From Candidatus Peribacteria bacterium (GTDB taxonomy: Bacteria; Patescibacteriota; Gracilibacteria; Peribacterales; Peribacteraceae): a stretch of DNA of 64,000 bases. Each line of letters begins with the position of its first letter. The first letter of the stretch is position 1. The position numbers and the translations under genes are program-made. Where the stretch lies: NCBI GenBank assembly GCA_043776335.1, contig JAYVRL010000006.1, positions 33,011 to 97,010 on the forward strand, written 5' to 3'. Shown here piece after piece: positions 18,654 to 27,356 of the stretch. Below the pieces are notes generated by a model. It saw nothing but the letters and a program-made list of their open reading frames with translations. It was not told where the DNA came from and searched no databases.

Positions 18654-19553
18654 ATGGATTTTCTCAAACCAGCCAAGTACTTCTTTATCATCTCGACGAG
18701 CCTCACGGTCCTCTCAATCGGACTCGTGTTCTACCCCGGTCCGCGTCTCTCGATCGAGTTCACGGGCGGCACGCGCATGGAGCTCAAAGTGAGCGCTCCG
18801 AGCGTGACGACGGCATCCGTCTTGTCGGCGTTGCAGACCTTCAAAGAAGGAGAACTGAACCCGACGGTGAACAAAATGTCGAACGGCGACTTCCTCGTGC
18901 GCGTGAAAGACATCAGCGACGACACGCACAAAGCGTTGATCACGCATCTCACGGCGCAGCTCGGACAGATCGAGCAGGTGCAATACACCACCATCGGACC
19001 CACGGTCGGCGCAACGCTGAAAATCCGCGCCGCCTACGCCATCATCGCGGCATCGCTCGGCATCATTCTGTATCTCGCCTTCGCCTTCCGCAAAATCCCG
19101 CGCAAATACAGCCCATTCAAATTCGGCATCGTCGCGGTCGCCACATTGCTCCATGACGTGATGGTGACGGTCGGTGTCTTCGTCATCCTCAGCTACCACT
19201 CGACGTTTGAAGTCGACACGCTGTTCATCACGGCATTGCTCACGATCCTCGGCTACTCGGTGAACGACACGATCATCATCTTCGACCGTATCCGCGACAA
19301 TCTCTACGTGCAGGAACGCAAAGAAGAATTCGCCGTCATCGCGAATCGCTCGGTAAATCAAGCATGGAAGCGATCACTGTACACCAGCACCTCCACGCTC
19401 ATCATGCTCTGCTCGCTCTTCTTCCTCGGCAGCGACTCGCTCCATTGGTTCGTGCTCGCGCTGATCATCGGCATCATCCTCGGAACGTACTCGAGCATCT
19501 TCGTCGCCACTCCGCTCTTGGTCTACTGGAACGATCGAAAACCGCGTCACTAA
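18654..19553 (+). CDS. secF: protein translocase subunit SecF
   Basis: 299 aa. N-terminal FFIISTSLTVLSIGLVF...IEFTGGT signature followed by a 5-TM C-terminal bundle (LHDVMVTVGVFVIL, GYSVNDTIIIFDRIR). Confidence 0.85.
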   Translation: MDFLKPAKYFFIISTSLTVLSIGLVFYPGPRLSIEFTGGTRMELKVSAPSVTTASVLSALQTFKEGELNPTVNKMSNGDFLVRVKDISDDTHKALITHLTAQLGQIEQVQYTTIGPTVGATLKIRAAYAIIAASLGIILYLAFAFRKIPRKYSPFKFGIVAVATLLHDVMVTVGVFVILSYHSTFEVDTLFITALLTILGYSVNDTIIIFDRIRDNLYVQERKEEFAVIANRSVNQAWKRSLYTSTSTLIMLCSLFFLGSDSLHWFVLALIIGIILGTYSSIFVATPLLVYWNDRKPRH

Positions 19554-19619
19554 GACGTCACCACATGGGATGGGAACGACCTCCTTGCCCCGTCCGTCGT
19601 CTCTCTCCCCTTCTCCACC

Positions 19620-20927
19620 ATGGAAACCAAGATTGAGAAACTGAAAGAGTCACGCATCCGCACGACGACGATCGTCCATGCCGATGAACGAAAAGCCGCC
19701 GAGGAACAAGCTTTGAAATCATTGAGTCAACGCGTGAAGATCAAAGGATTCCGCGACGGCACGGCTCCGACGGATCTCGTCCGCCAACACGTGAAGCCCG
19801 AGCAAATCCAAGAAGAAATGGTACGCGCTGTTTTGCCGAGTGTGGTCGCCGATGCATTGAAAGTGAGCGGCGCGAAACCGATCATCCGACCGGCGGCGAG
19901 CATCGTCAGCATGGAGCCCCTGACGATCAGTTTGACCTTCGTGGAGCGACCCGAAGCCGAATTGAAGAAACCGGACGGCATCAAGATCGAAAAAAAGGCT
20001 GTGACCGACGCTTCGGCCAAAGAAGTGGAGACGTTCATTCACAAACTGCTCATCCAAGATCGCACCGAAACTCCCGTGGAACGCGCGGCGGCCAAAGGAG
20101 ATTTGGTGAAACTGCAGCTCTCGGCGAAAGACAAAGCCGGCAAGCAAGTGGATGAATTGACCGTGGGGCATTACGGCACCGAACTCGGCAACGACGATCT
20201 GTTGCCCGAACTCGAGTCGCATGTTCTCGGCATGAAAAAAGACGACAAGAAAACAGTGGAGATCGACTTTCCGAAAACGCATGACATTCCGGGGCTGCAA
20301 GGCAAGCGTCTTTCCATTGAGATCACGAACAAAGGGGTCGCAGAAACGAAGTTGCCGGAGCTGACTGCCGAGTACATCAAGTCACGTCTCGGTGCCGAGC
20401 GCACACCCGACGCCTTCCGTCAGGAAGTGAGCCAGATGCTGAAAAGTCAGAAGCTGAGCGCGGAAATGAAACGTCGCGAAGAAGAACTCTACGACAAGGT
20501 GCGCACCTCGACGAAAATCGACATCGCCGCCGAGCTCATCGACGCCGAAACGCAGGAAATTCTCGCGGATCTGCAACGCCGATTGAAGAGTCAGGAGATG
20601 ACGATCGAGCAATGGCTGGAATCCACGGGCAAGAAATGGGAACAGGTCGTCGACGAAATGAAGGGCATCGCAAAAGACAGGATCATCCTGCGCTTCGGCA
20701 TGCAGCTGCTCGCCGATCACAAGAAAGTCGAGCCCGATCCGGCGGAACTGACGCAAGCGGTCGACGGTGAAAGAGCCAATGCGAAAGAAAAGGGTCAGCC
20801 GCTCGTGGATGAAGATCTGAAAGAAGGCGGCAACGTCTACGAGCAAATTCGTTGGGAACTCAAGATGCAAAAACTTGTGCGCTCGATGATCGATGATGAG
20901 CCGGCGGCGGCGAAGAAAGCTGCCTAG
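19620..20927 (+). CDS. tig: trigger factor
   Basis: 435 aa. N-terminal ribosome-binding region with the GFRxGxxP motif (KIKGFRDGTAPTDL) and overall acidic, helical C-terminal arms. Confidence 0.8.
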   Translation: METKIEKLKESRIRTTTIVHADERKAAEEQALKSLSQRVKIKGFRDGTAPTDLVRQHVKPEQIQEEMVRAVLPSVVADALKVSGAKPIIRPAASIVSMEPLTISLTFVERPEAELKKPDGIKIEKKAVTDASAKEVETFIHKLLIQDRTETPVERAAAKGDLVKLQLSAKDKAGKQVDELTVGHYGTELGNDDLLPELESHVLGMKKDDKKTVEIDFPKTHDIPGLQGKRLSIEITNKGVAETKLPELTAEYIKSRLGAERTPDAFRQEVSQMLKSQKLSAEMKRREEELYDKVRTSTKIDIAAELIDAETQEILADLQRRLKSQEMTIEQWLESTGKKWEQVVDEMKGIAKDRIILRFGMQLLADHKKVEPDPAELTQAVDGERANAKEKGQPLVDEDLKEGGNVYEQIRWELKMQKLVRSMIDDEPAAAKKAA

Positions 20928-21231
20928 CCCCTTCTGTTCTTCATTCATGAATAATTGGTACTTTTGGTCGTGACAAAAAGTACCCAAAAAGCACGCGCGC
21001 TTCGGAACTCGCTCCGCTGCAGCGGAGCTCACACATGAAGCGCGACCTCTGATCCAAGAAGTGATCAGCATGTTCCATAAACGACGAAAACGATTCCCGA
21101 GTCGAAACTCGGTTACGTTAGGAGGGTAATGGGGTTTGGGGGAGGCAAGGGAACCGAACAAGGTTCCCTGGTCCCCCAAGAAGAAAACCATCAAGCAGCC
21201 AAAAAAGAAGATTTCTCAAACCGCAGAGCAA

Positions 21232-23202
21232 TCAGTTCGTCCATTTCATCGTCACCTTGCGTTCAGGATTCGCCGCTTTGGCCATGTGACAACCGTCTCG
21301 ATGCACGCTGATGATGCCGGTGCGCGTGATGATGCCGACGATCTTCTCGACTTTCGCGGTGCCGTCGTCTGGACTACAGCATTTGGCGAAACGATACGGC
21401 ATGCTGAGCGGCTGCCCGTCGAAAACAACCAAGCTCTTTTGCTTGCCAAGAGCGTGCGCTTTGGCGGTTTTCGAAGGTGATCGGTTCGAAGGCTTCGACG
21501 GAACATGATCGATCTGCAAATGGCGCAGAATCGACGACGTGCGGATGGATCCCATGCCGACTTTCACGAGCAAATCTTCGCGCTGCTTGATGTTCTGCTC
21601 TTTCCCGTCGAACGAATGCAACACCGAGAGTTCGTTGTCGAGTTGCGGCATGCCTCGCGTTTTCAATTCGGCATTCACGCTGTCTCGACCCTTGAGCAAA
21701 AATTGCGCGCGATTGTGCGAAAAAAAGTACGCCTTCAATTTGGATTTCGCGGACGGAGTCGCGAGTTCTTCCAGCCACTGCAGGGCGGGACGCGGATGCT
21801 TGTGCGTGATGATGTCGACCACGTCGCCGTTCTCCAATTTATGGCTGATCGGCACGATCGAACCGTTCACGCGAGCGGCCTTGAACTTCAACCCGAGATC
21901 CGTGTGCAACGAAAATGCGAAATCCAGCGGCGTTCCGCTGTCGGGGAGCTCGATGATGTCGCCCTTCGGCGTGAGCACGTAGATATGATCGACCAAACGG
22001 ATGTTCTGATCGCTCTCCTCTGATTTCTGACCGATCGTCTGCTGCTTCAAGAGAACGTCGCTGAGTTGGAGCTGAGTCGCGGATCGCAGCACTCCGTCTT
22101 CTCCCTTCCCCTGCTCTTTGTAGAGCCAGTGCGCGGCGACGCCGTATTCGGCTTCGCGATGCATCTCGGACGTGCGAATCTGCACTTCGATCATCACGTT
22201 TTTCGGCGCGTCGGGGAGACCCATGAGCGACGTGTGCAGACTCTGATAACCGTTGGGCTTCGGGAAGCTGATGTAATCCTTGAACCGATGCGAGATGGGG
22301 GTGCCGATGCGATGAAGAAGCCCGAGTGACTGATAACAATCGTTCATCGTCGGCACGACGACCCGAATGGCGAACAAGTCGTTGATCTTCGTGAGGCCGG
22401 TGACGCTCTTCGTCCGCATCTTCTGGAAGATGCTGTACGGCTGCTTTTCTCTGGCCATCACTTCGGCCTCGATCCCCTCTTTCACAAGAAAGCTCTTCAA
22501 TGCGATCACTGTCTTTTCGAGAAACAAGCCGTTCTCTTCGTGAATCTGCGACAATTGATCTTCGATGTGCGCCGCATCGGTCGCGTAGCATTCGGGAAAC
22601 GCGGACTTCTCAAGACGATACTTGATCGCGTAAATGCCGAGACGCGCGGCCACCGGCGCAAAGAGTTGCAACGATTGTCGACAGAGTCTGGTGCGATACT
22701 CGGACTTCACCCGATCAAGATGCTCCATGTAGTAACACTCGATCGTGAGCGCGATGAGCAAAATGCGAATGTCGTCCGAGATCGAGACGATCATGATCTT
22801 CATGTCATCGACGGACTTTCGCCAATCGCTGGTGTGCAAATGTGAGAGAAGATGGAGACGGCTGACCATGTCGCGAACGGAACGGCCGAACTCTTCGGAA
22901 ACGCGATCGAGCATGTGATCCGGAACCCTGAGTGTGTGTTGCAAGATGCACGCGATCACGGCGTCCTCGTCCGGGCAAAACTCCACGAGAAGCTCCGTCA
23001 CGGCCACCGCATGCTCGAAAAGAGTGACTCCCGTGAACAAATCGAAGGTTCGCTCTCCGTACGCCTCTTTCGCAAACTGCAACGCTTTGAGACAGCGCTG
23101 CTCCTTGAGAGCCGGAATCCCTTTCTTGATCCGTTCGACGGCGGAATCGATGGAGTGGAGAGTGGCCATGGAGAACGCACATGGTACCACATCCTTCTTC
23201 AT
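21232..23202 (-). CDS. relA: long RelA/SpoT homologue, RelA-like (intact synthetase motifs, degenerate HD hydrolase motif), with TGS and ACT regions
   Basis: Synthetase motifs DLFAIRVV, NGYQSLHTS, EVQIRTSEMHREAEYGVAAHWLYKE. TGS region (VLTPKGDIIELPDSGTPLDFAF). The hydrolase region reads ILQHTLRVP where LLHDVxEDT is expected. An alternative start is ATG 23169. Confidence 0.9.
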   Translation of the reverse strand: MKKDVVPCAFSMATLHSIDSAVERIKKGIPALKEQRCLKALQFAKEAYGERTFDLFTGVTLFEHAVAVTELLVEFCPDEDAVIACILQHTLRVPDHMLDRVSEEFGRSVRDMVSRLHLLSHLHTSDWRKSVDDMKIMIVSISDDIRILLIALTIECYYMEHLDRVKSEYRTRLCRQSLQLFAPVAARLGIYAIKYRLEKSAFPECYATDAAHIEDQLSQIHEENGLFLEKTVIALKSFLVKEGIEAEVMAREKQPYSIFQKMRTKSVTGLTKINDLFAIRVVVPTMNDCYQSLGLLHRIGTPISHRFKDYISFPKPNGYQSLHTSLMGLPDAPKNVMIEVQIRTSEMHREAEYGVAAHWLYKEQGKGEDGVLRSATQLQLSDVLLKQQTIGQKSEESDQNIRLVDHIYVLTPKGDIIELPDSGTPLDFAFSLHTDLGLKFKAARVNGSIVPISHKLENGDVVDIITHKHPRPALQWLEELATPSAKSKLKAYFFSHNRAQFLLKGRDSVNAELKTRGMPQLDNELSVLHSFDGKEQNIKQREDLLVKVGMGSIRTSSILRHLQIDHVPSKPSNRSPSKTAKAHALGKQKSLVVFDGQPLSMPYRFAKCCSPDDGTAKVEKIVGIITRTGIISVHRDGCHMAKAANPERKVTMKWTN

Positions 23203-23276
23203 GCGACGATTTTTGAAAACAAGCGTACTCGCAGATGGCTTCTGAGCGTCTGAAAATCATCTTTCCCGTGAATCAG

Positions 23277-23305
23277 TTGACAGACGGCCGCAGTCTGAGT
23301 AGTAT
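23277..23305 (+). promoter_or_regulatory. near-consensus sigma70 promoter of the rplJL operon (TTGACA-17-TAGTAT)
   Basis: TTGACA at 23277-23282, 17-nt spacer, TAGTAT at 23300-23305. Confidence 0.6.
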
Positions 23306-23469
23306 GCGGTCAAGTCCGAAGACCGGAGGTAGTAGGCCCCAGGCCTATGTTAAATCCTCCCGAGGAGTACAGCAGCGCTCACCCGGCTCCGGCTTGGTGG
23401 ATCGTGCCGTGTTCCTCGCTGGTCTCCCGGACGTTCAGGAGATCAGTTTTTTTGTGTCCCCCATCCCCT
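23306..23469 (+). promoter_or_regulatory. rplJ (L10) leader with terminator-like attenuator hairpin
   Basis: ~165-nt untranslated leader. Hairpin GGTCTCC-N10-GGAGATC (23421-23444) followed by T7 (23447-23453), 17 nt before the rplJ ATG. The position and architecture resemble L10-leader autoregulatory elements. Confidence 0.5.
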
Positions 23470-24081
23470 ATGGCTGTCACACGTCAGCAAAAAGAAGCGC
23501 AGGTCGCAGAACTCAAGGACAAAATGAGCAAAGCCTCCTCCGTGATCTTCACCCAATACATCGGTCTGACCGTAACCGATATCACGAAGCTCCGTTCTCA
23601 GCTGAGGAAGGAGAAGGCCGAGATGCAGGTCGCGAAGAAATCCCTGATCCAGATCGCAGCCAAACTCGCCAACGCTCCGGAAATCTCGGATGAGATGCTC
23701 CCCGGTCCCATCGCATGCATCTTCAGCATGGGTGAGCCGACCGTCGGCGCTTCCGTCGCCTACAAATTCGCCAAAGATCACGCGCAAGTGAAACTGATCG
23801 GCGGGATCTTCTCTGGCAAAATCCTCTCGAAGAACGAAGCCAATGAGATGGCAGTGATCCCGAGCCGTCTCGTGCTGCTCGCCACCTTCGCCTCGATGTG
23901 CCAAAGCCCCCTCGTGTCCTTCGCATCCGCTTGTTCCAGTCCGCTCACGGGCTTCGCTCGCCTGCTGGACGAGATCGCCAAGAAGAAAGCTTCTGAGATG
24001 CCCGCCGCCGCACCCGTTGCGGAAGCTGCCGCCGTCACAGAAGTCGCAGCCGCTCCGGCTGCGGAGATCCCAACCGTGTAA
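23470..24081 (+). CDS. rplJ: 50S ribosomal protein L10
   Basis: ORF 23347..24081 trimmed to ATG 23470 (MAVTRQQKEAQVAELKDKMSKASSVIFTQYIGLTV...). Alanine-rich C-terminal tail. Lies immediately upstream of rplL. Confidence 0.9.
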   Translation: MAVTRQQKEAQVAELKDKMSKASSVIFTQYIGLTVTDITKLRSQLRKEKAEMQVAKKSLIQIAAKLANAPEISDEMLPGPIACIFSMGEPTVGASVAYKFAKDHAQVKLIGGIFSGKILSKNEANEMAVIPSRLVLLATFASMCQSPLVSFASACSSPLTGFARLLDEIAKKKASEMPAAAPVAEAAAVTEVAAAPAAEIPTV

Positions 24082-24120
24082 ATACTTTTTTATTCTCATT
24101 CCTCTTTTTCCCCCTTTCTT

Positions 24121-24510
24121 ATGTCAGACGCACTCACCCTCACAAAAGAGGAGCAGGCAGTCATCGACGCACTCGAGAAGCTGAACGTCATTCAGCTCAA
24201 CAATGTCGTCAAATTCATGGAGAAGCAGTACGGCATCTCCGCAGCCGCTCCGGTAGCCGCAGCAGCAGCAGCCGCTCCGGTCGCAGCCGCTGAAGAGAAG
24301 TCCAGCTACGACGTCGAACTCACGGACGCCGGCGCTCAGAAAATCGCCATCATCAAAGTCGTTCGCGAGCTGACGCAGCTCGGTCTCGGCGAAGCCAAAG
24401 ACTTGGTCGACAAGGCTCCGCAGATGATCAAGAAGGGTGTGGCCAAGGCCGCAGCCGACGATATGAAAAAGAAAATCGAAGCAGCCGGCGGCAAAGTGAC
24501 TCTGAAATAA
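24121..24510 (+). CDS. rplL: 50S ribosomal protein L7/L12
   Basis: 129 aa with an alanine hinge (AAAPVAAAAAAAPVAAAEEK) and the conserved C-terminal domain (KIAIIKVVRELTQLGLGEAKDLVD...GGKVTLK). Confidence 0.95.
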   Translation: MSDALTLTKEEQAVIDALEKLNVIQLNNVVKFMEKQYGISAAAPVAAAAAAAPVAAAEEKSSYDVELTDAGAQKIAIIKVVRELTQLGLGEAKDLVDKAPQMIKKGVAKAAADDMKKKIEAAGGKVTLK

Positions 24511-24533
24511 TCGGTCTCCCCTCTCGCTTTCAA

Positions 24534-24562
24534 AACACGCATCACTCGGTGCGTGTTTTTTG
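24534..24562 (+). terminator. rho-independent terminator after rplL
   Basis: AACACGCA-tcactcgg-TGCGTGTT stem followed by a T-run. Confidence 0.8.
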
Positions 24563-24604
24563 TTGTCATTGCGCGTTCAGAGAAAAAGCTCGACAATCGG
24601 AACC

Positions 24605-25021
24605 ATGCACGCACTCTTCAGCGAATACCTGTTTCTGATACCGCTTGTCGTCGGACTCCTGAGCGAGATCCTGAAAGTGATCATCGAAGGCATCGAAAAG
24701 GACGCATGGCATGAAGGTCTGTTTCGTCCTGGCGGCATGCCGAGCAGCCACTCGTCGTTCGTCACATCACTTTTGATCGTCGTGGCACTGAAAACCGGAC
24801 CGCAGTCCGTGGAATTCGCCATCGCCTTCGTCTTCGCCTGTCTCGTCTGGTACGACGCGATGAGCTCGCGCCGCGCCATCGGAGAACAAGCGAAAATCCT
24901 GAATCAGCTGCAGACGTTGGAACATTTCTCGGAACGACTCGGCCACTCCTTCAAGGAGGTGATCGGCGGCATTCTCTTCGGCGCCGCGATCACGCTGATC
25001 GGCGTGTGGCTGACTCGTTAA
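24605..25021 (+). CDS. divergent PAP2 / DUF212-family membrane protein (acid phosphatase/haloperoxidase-related)
   Basis: ORF trimmed to ATG 24605. Hallmark GGMPSSHSSFV motif and a YDAMSSRRAIGEQA segment. Four hydrophobic helices. Confidence 0.75.
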   Translation: MHALFSEYLFLIPLVVGLLSEILKVIIEGIEKDAWHEGLFRPGGMPSSHSSFVTSLLIVVALKTGPQSVEFAIAFVFACLVWYDAMSSRRAIGEQAKILNQLQTLEHFSERLGHSFKEVIGGILFGAAITLIGVWLTR

Positions 25022-25027
25022 GTGATT

Positions 25028-25056
25028 TTGACTAAAATAGATAAATATTGTATAAT
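25028..25056 (+). promoter_or_regulatory. near-perfect sigma70 promoter (TTGACT-17-TATAAT)
   Basis: TTGACT at 25028-25033, 17-nt AT-rich spacer, TATAAT at 25051-25056, 23 nt upstream of ATG 25080. Confidence 0.6.
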
Positions 25057-25079
25057 AAACTAAATACACACCTCAAAAT

Positions 25080-26123
25080 ATGGAGAGCACTCCCGTGACG
25101 AACAGTATTTCATCTGCAATGAGTCGAAAAAAACGGTTCTTTGGCATGCTTGGCATTGCAATGATCTTGGTGATCGGAGCCGTCATGCTGAGCTCGCCTC
25201 AGAACATCGGACACTGGACGGGATCCGTCACGGAAAAGGAGAAGGAAAAGCAAAATGACAAACAAAATGAGAAGCCGAAACCGACGGCGGATCTCTCGAT
25301 CACGCGTGAAGTGCCGCCCACGGTCGCCGGAGCCGATCTGCAATTGTCCTACGTCGTCACGGTACGCAATGCGGGACCGAAAGCGATGAAACAACTGAAG
25401 CTTCTGCAAGGTCCCGTCAGCTTGGATCTCAAGAAATCGACCTCGGACGACGGTAAAGTGTCCTGTGATCAATCCAAGAACAACATCAAATGCGAGCTCA
25501 AGGGAAGCATTGATGCCGGTGCCACGCGCTCATTCACAATGAACTTCAAACTGCGCGGACAGAAGGAAAAACCGAATTGCTCGACTGTCTACGCGATCCC
25601 TGCGATGGTCATCGGCGACCTGCCGGAAAACACGATCGACCCGGACATGTCGAACAACGTGGCTTCCGACGCATCAGTGACAGTCGACTGCAGCGACATC
25701 ACGGCCGACCAGAGCACGAGCATCGACGCGCGTGATTTTTCCTATGTCACTCCCGGCACGGCCGAATACACGATGACGACCACGAACAACGGCCCGAGCG
25801 CCTCCAAACACACGCACGCGGATTTCACCTATCCGGCAGGCTTCACATTCAAACAAGCGTCCGTCGCGAATTGCACGGATGACAAGACAAATCATCGCGT
25901 TCGCTGCATACCGGGCAATGCCGCCGATCAAACGGAGGGCGTCTTGTCCGTGAATCAAAGCGACTCCGTGACGCTGACGTTTACACTCGATCCCGGCATC
26001 AAATGCACGAACGTCACGAGTGCCACGGAAGTGAACGTCGACCCCGCGCAGTCGGATTCGACCATCGACCCCATCATGAATAATAACGATGCTCTGCGAA
26101 GCAGCGACCTCCCTTGTCCGTAG
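25080..26123 (+). CDS. secreted/anchored protein with DUF11-like repeat domains
   Basis: N-terminal TM FFGMLGIAMILVIGAVML. Segments such as ADLSITREVPPTVAGADLQLSYVVTVRNAGPKA and TPGTAEYTMTTTNNGPSAS resemble 'conserved repeat domain' (DUF11) modules. Confidence 0.6.
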   Translation: MESTPVTNSISSAMSRKKRFFGMLGIAMILVIGAVMLSSPQNIGHWTGSVTEKEKEKQNDKQNEKPKPTADLSITREVPPTVAGADLQLSYVVTVRNAGPKAMKQLKLLQGPVSLDLKKSTSDDGKVSCDQSKNNIKCELKGSIDAGATRSFTMNFKLRGQKEKPNCSTVYAIPAMVIGDLPENTIDPDMSNNVASDASVTVDCSDITADQSTSIDARDFSYVTPGTAEYTMTTTNNGPSASKHTHADFTYPAGFTFKQASVANCTDDKTNHRVRCIPGNAADQTEGVLSVNQSDSVTLTFTLDPGIKCTNVTSATEVNVDPAQSDSTIDPIMNNNDALRSSDLPCP

Positions 26124-26283
26124 TCAGGAGGAGGCTGGAGGCGAGAGATGTCATTGACGAATTGGCAACTTCAGGTGTACAGTAATACTGCAAACGCCTT
26201 CCTTGAATAGTCTGATCGGAATAACCCGAAGAAGCTAGAAATGAAGGAACGAATGCAATTTATTTCCTTTTTTCTTTCTTTTT

Positions 26284-26571
26284 ATGGCTGATCAGACGAT
26301 CACCTGCCGCGATTGCGGCCAACCATTCACGTTCACCGAGGGTGAACAAGCTTTCTACGCAGAGCGCGGCCTCGCCGCTCCTCAGCGTTGCAAGGACTGC
26401 CGCGACAAGCGCAAGCAGGACCGCAACGCCACGCGTCAGATGTACCCCGCCACGTGCGCAAAGTGCGGCACCGCATGCGAGGTTCCGTTCAAGCCGCGCC
26501 CCGAATCCGAGGGCGGACGACCGGTTCTGTGTCTCAACTGCTTCAAAGCAGAGAAAGGCTCCGCTGCCTAA
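26284..26571 (+). CDS. CxxC-x17-CxxC zinc-ribbon protein
   Basis: 95 aa with two CxxC...CxxC units (CRDCG...CKDCR and CAKCG...CLNCF). Confidence 0.75.
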   Translation: MADQTITCRDCGQPFTFTEGEQAFYAERGLAAPQRCKDCRDKRKQDRNATRQMYPATCAKCGTACEVPFKPRPESEGGRPVLCLNCFKAEKGSAA

Positions 26572-26602
26572 GGGTTTCCCTTTCGCATCGCGAAACAGAG
26601 AA

Positions 26603-26629
26603 GGCCCCGCACACGCGGGGTCTTTTTTT
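26603..26629 (+). terminator. rho-independent terminator
   Basis: GGCCCCGC-acac-GCGGGGTC stem followed by T7. Confidence 0.8.
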
Positions 26630-26679
26630 ATCCCAACGAATGAAGAAAGCGTATACTCGAAACGTTTCCCCTCCGCAGC

Positions 26680-27216
26680 ATGCAATACGAAGAACTCATC
26701 GACCTTATGACGAAGCGCCGCAGCATCCGATACTACTCGGATGAACCGCTCGACAAAAAAACGCTGGAGAAAATTTTGATCGCCGGCAGACTGTCGCCGA
26801 GCGTCGAGAACATCCAACCGTGGCATTTCCACGTCATTGTGAACAAAGAATTGAAAGCGACGTTGATGGAGACCTCCTGCTACGGAAACTTCGTGATCGG
26901 CGCGGGCGCCTTCCTCGTCATCACGTGCGATCGATCGACGGGAGCGAAATCCCCATCGACGATCTGGAATCCTCGCGAAATGGAGTACTCCTGCGCGGGC
27001 GCCGTGCAATCGATGATGATGGCCGCCGCGAGCATGAACATCGGCAGCTGCTGGGTCTCTCTCCATCACGGCCCCGCACACGACGCATTGAAACTGAAGG
27101 ATCATCAAATGGTGATCGGCGGACTGATGCTCGGACACATGAAAAAAGGCGACGAAGAAGCCAGCCGCGAACATCAACGCTCTCCGATGGAACAGATGGT
27201 GACGATGTACGAATAG
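26680..27216 (+). CDS. nitroreductase-family protein
   Basis: 178 aa with RRSIRYYSDEPL and PSVENIQPWHFHVI motifs. Confidence 0.8.
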   Translation: MQYEELIDLMTKRRSIRYYSDEPLDKKTLEKILIAGRLSPSVENIQPWHFHVIVNKELKATLMETSCYGNFVIGAGAFLVITCDRSTGAKSPSTIWNPREMEYSCAGAVQSMMMAAASMNIGSCWVSLHHGPAHDALKLKDHQMVIGGLMLGHMKKGDEEASREHQRSPMEQMVTMYE

Positions 27217-27320
27217 GACGCAGAGTAAAAAATTGAAAAAATTCCGCTGTTCATCCTTTCAATCTTTTTTGTCTTTTGAGTCTTTTCAGTCATTTTCACT
27301 GTTTGTCTCGCTTTGTAGCC

Positions 27321-27349
27321 TCGACCGACGAGCGCGTTTTCAGTAGAAT
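27321..27349 (+). promoter_or_regulatory. promoter giving a leaderless LCP-gene mRNA (TCGACC-17-TAGAAT, 7 nt, ATG)
   Basis: TCGACC at 27321-27326, TAGAAT at 27344-27349, ATG at 27357. Confidence 0.45.
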
Positions 27350-27356
27350 CCCTTCG

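Noticed and set aside
20382-21194. 270-aa minus-strand ORF
   Set aside because: Most of it is antisense to trigger factor, and the remainder crosses the hairpin-rich intergenic region.
26148-26210. 20-codon ORF (MSLTNWQLQVYSNTANAFLE) after an AGGAGGAGG stretch
   Set aside because: The purine-rich stretch is ~15 nt from the ATG and sits at the very end of the upstream gene. No terminator or conservation argument is available, so it is likely fortuitous.
26260-27177. 305-aa minus-strand ORF
   Set aside because: It is antisense to the zinc-ribbon and nitroreductase genes and crosses a strong terminator hairpin.
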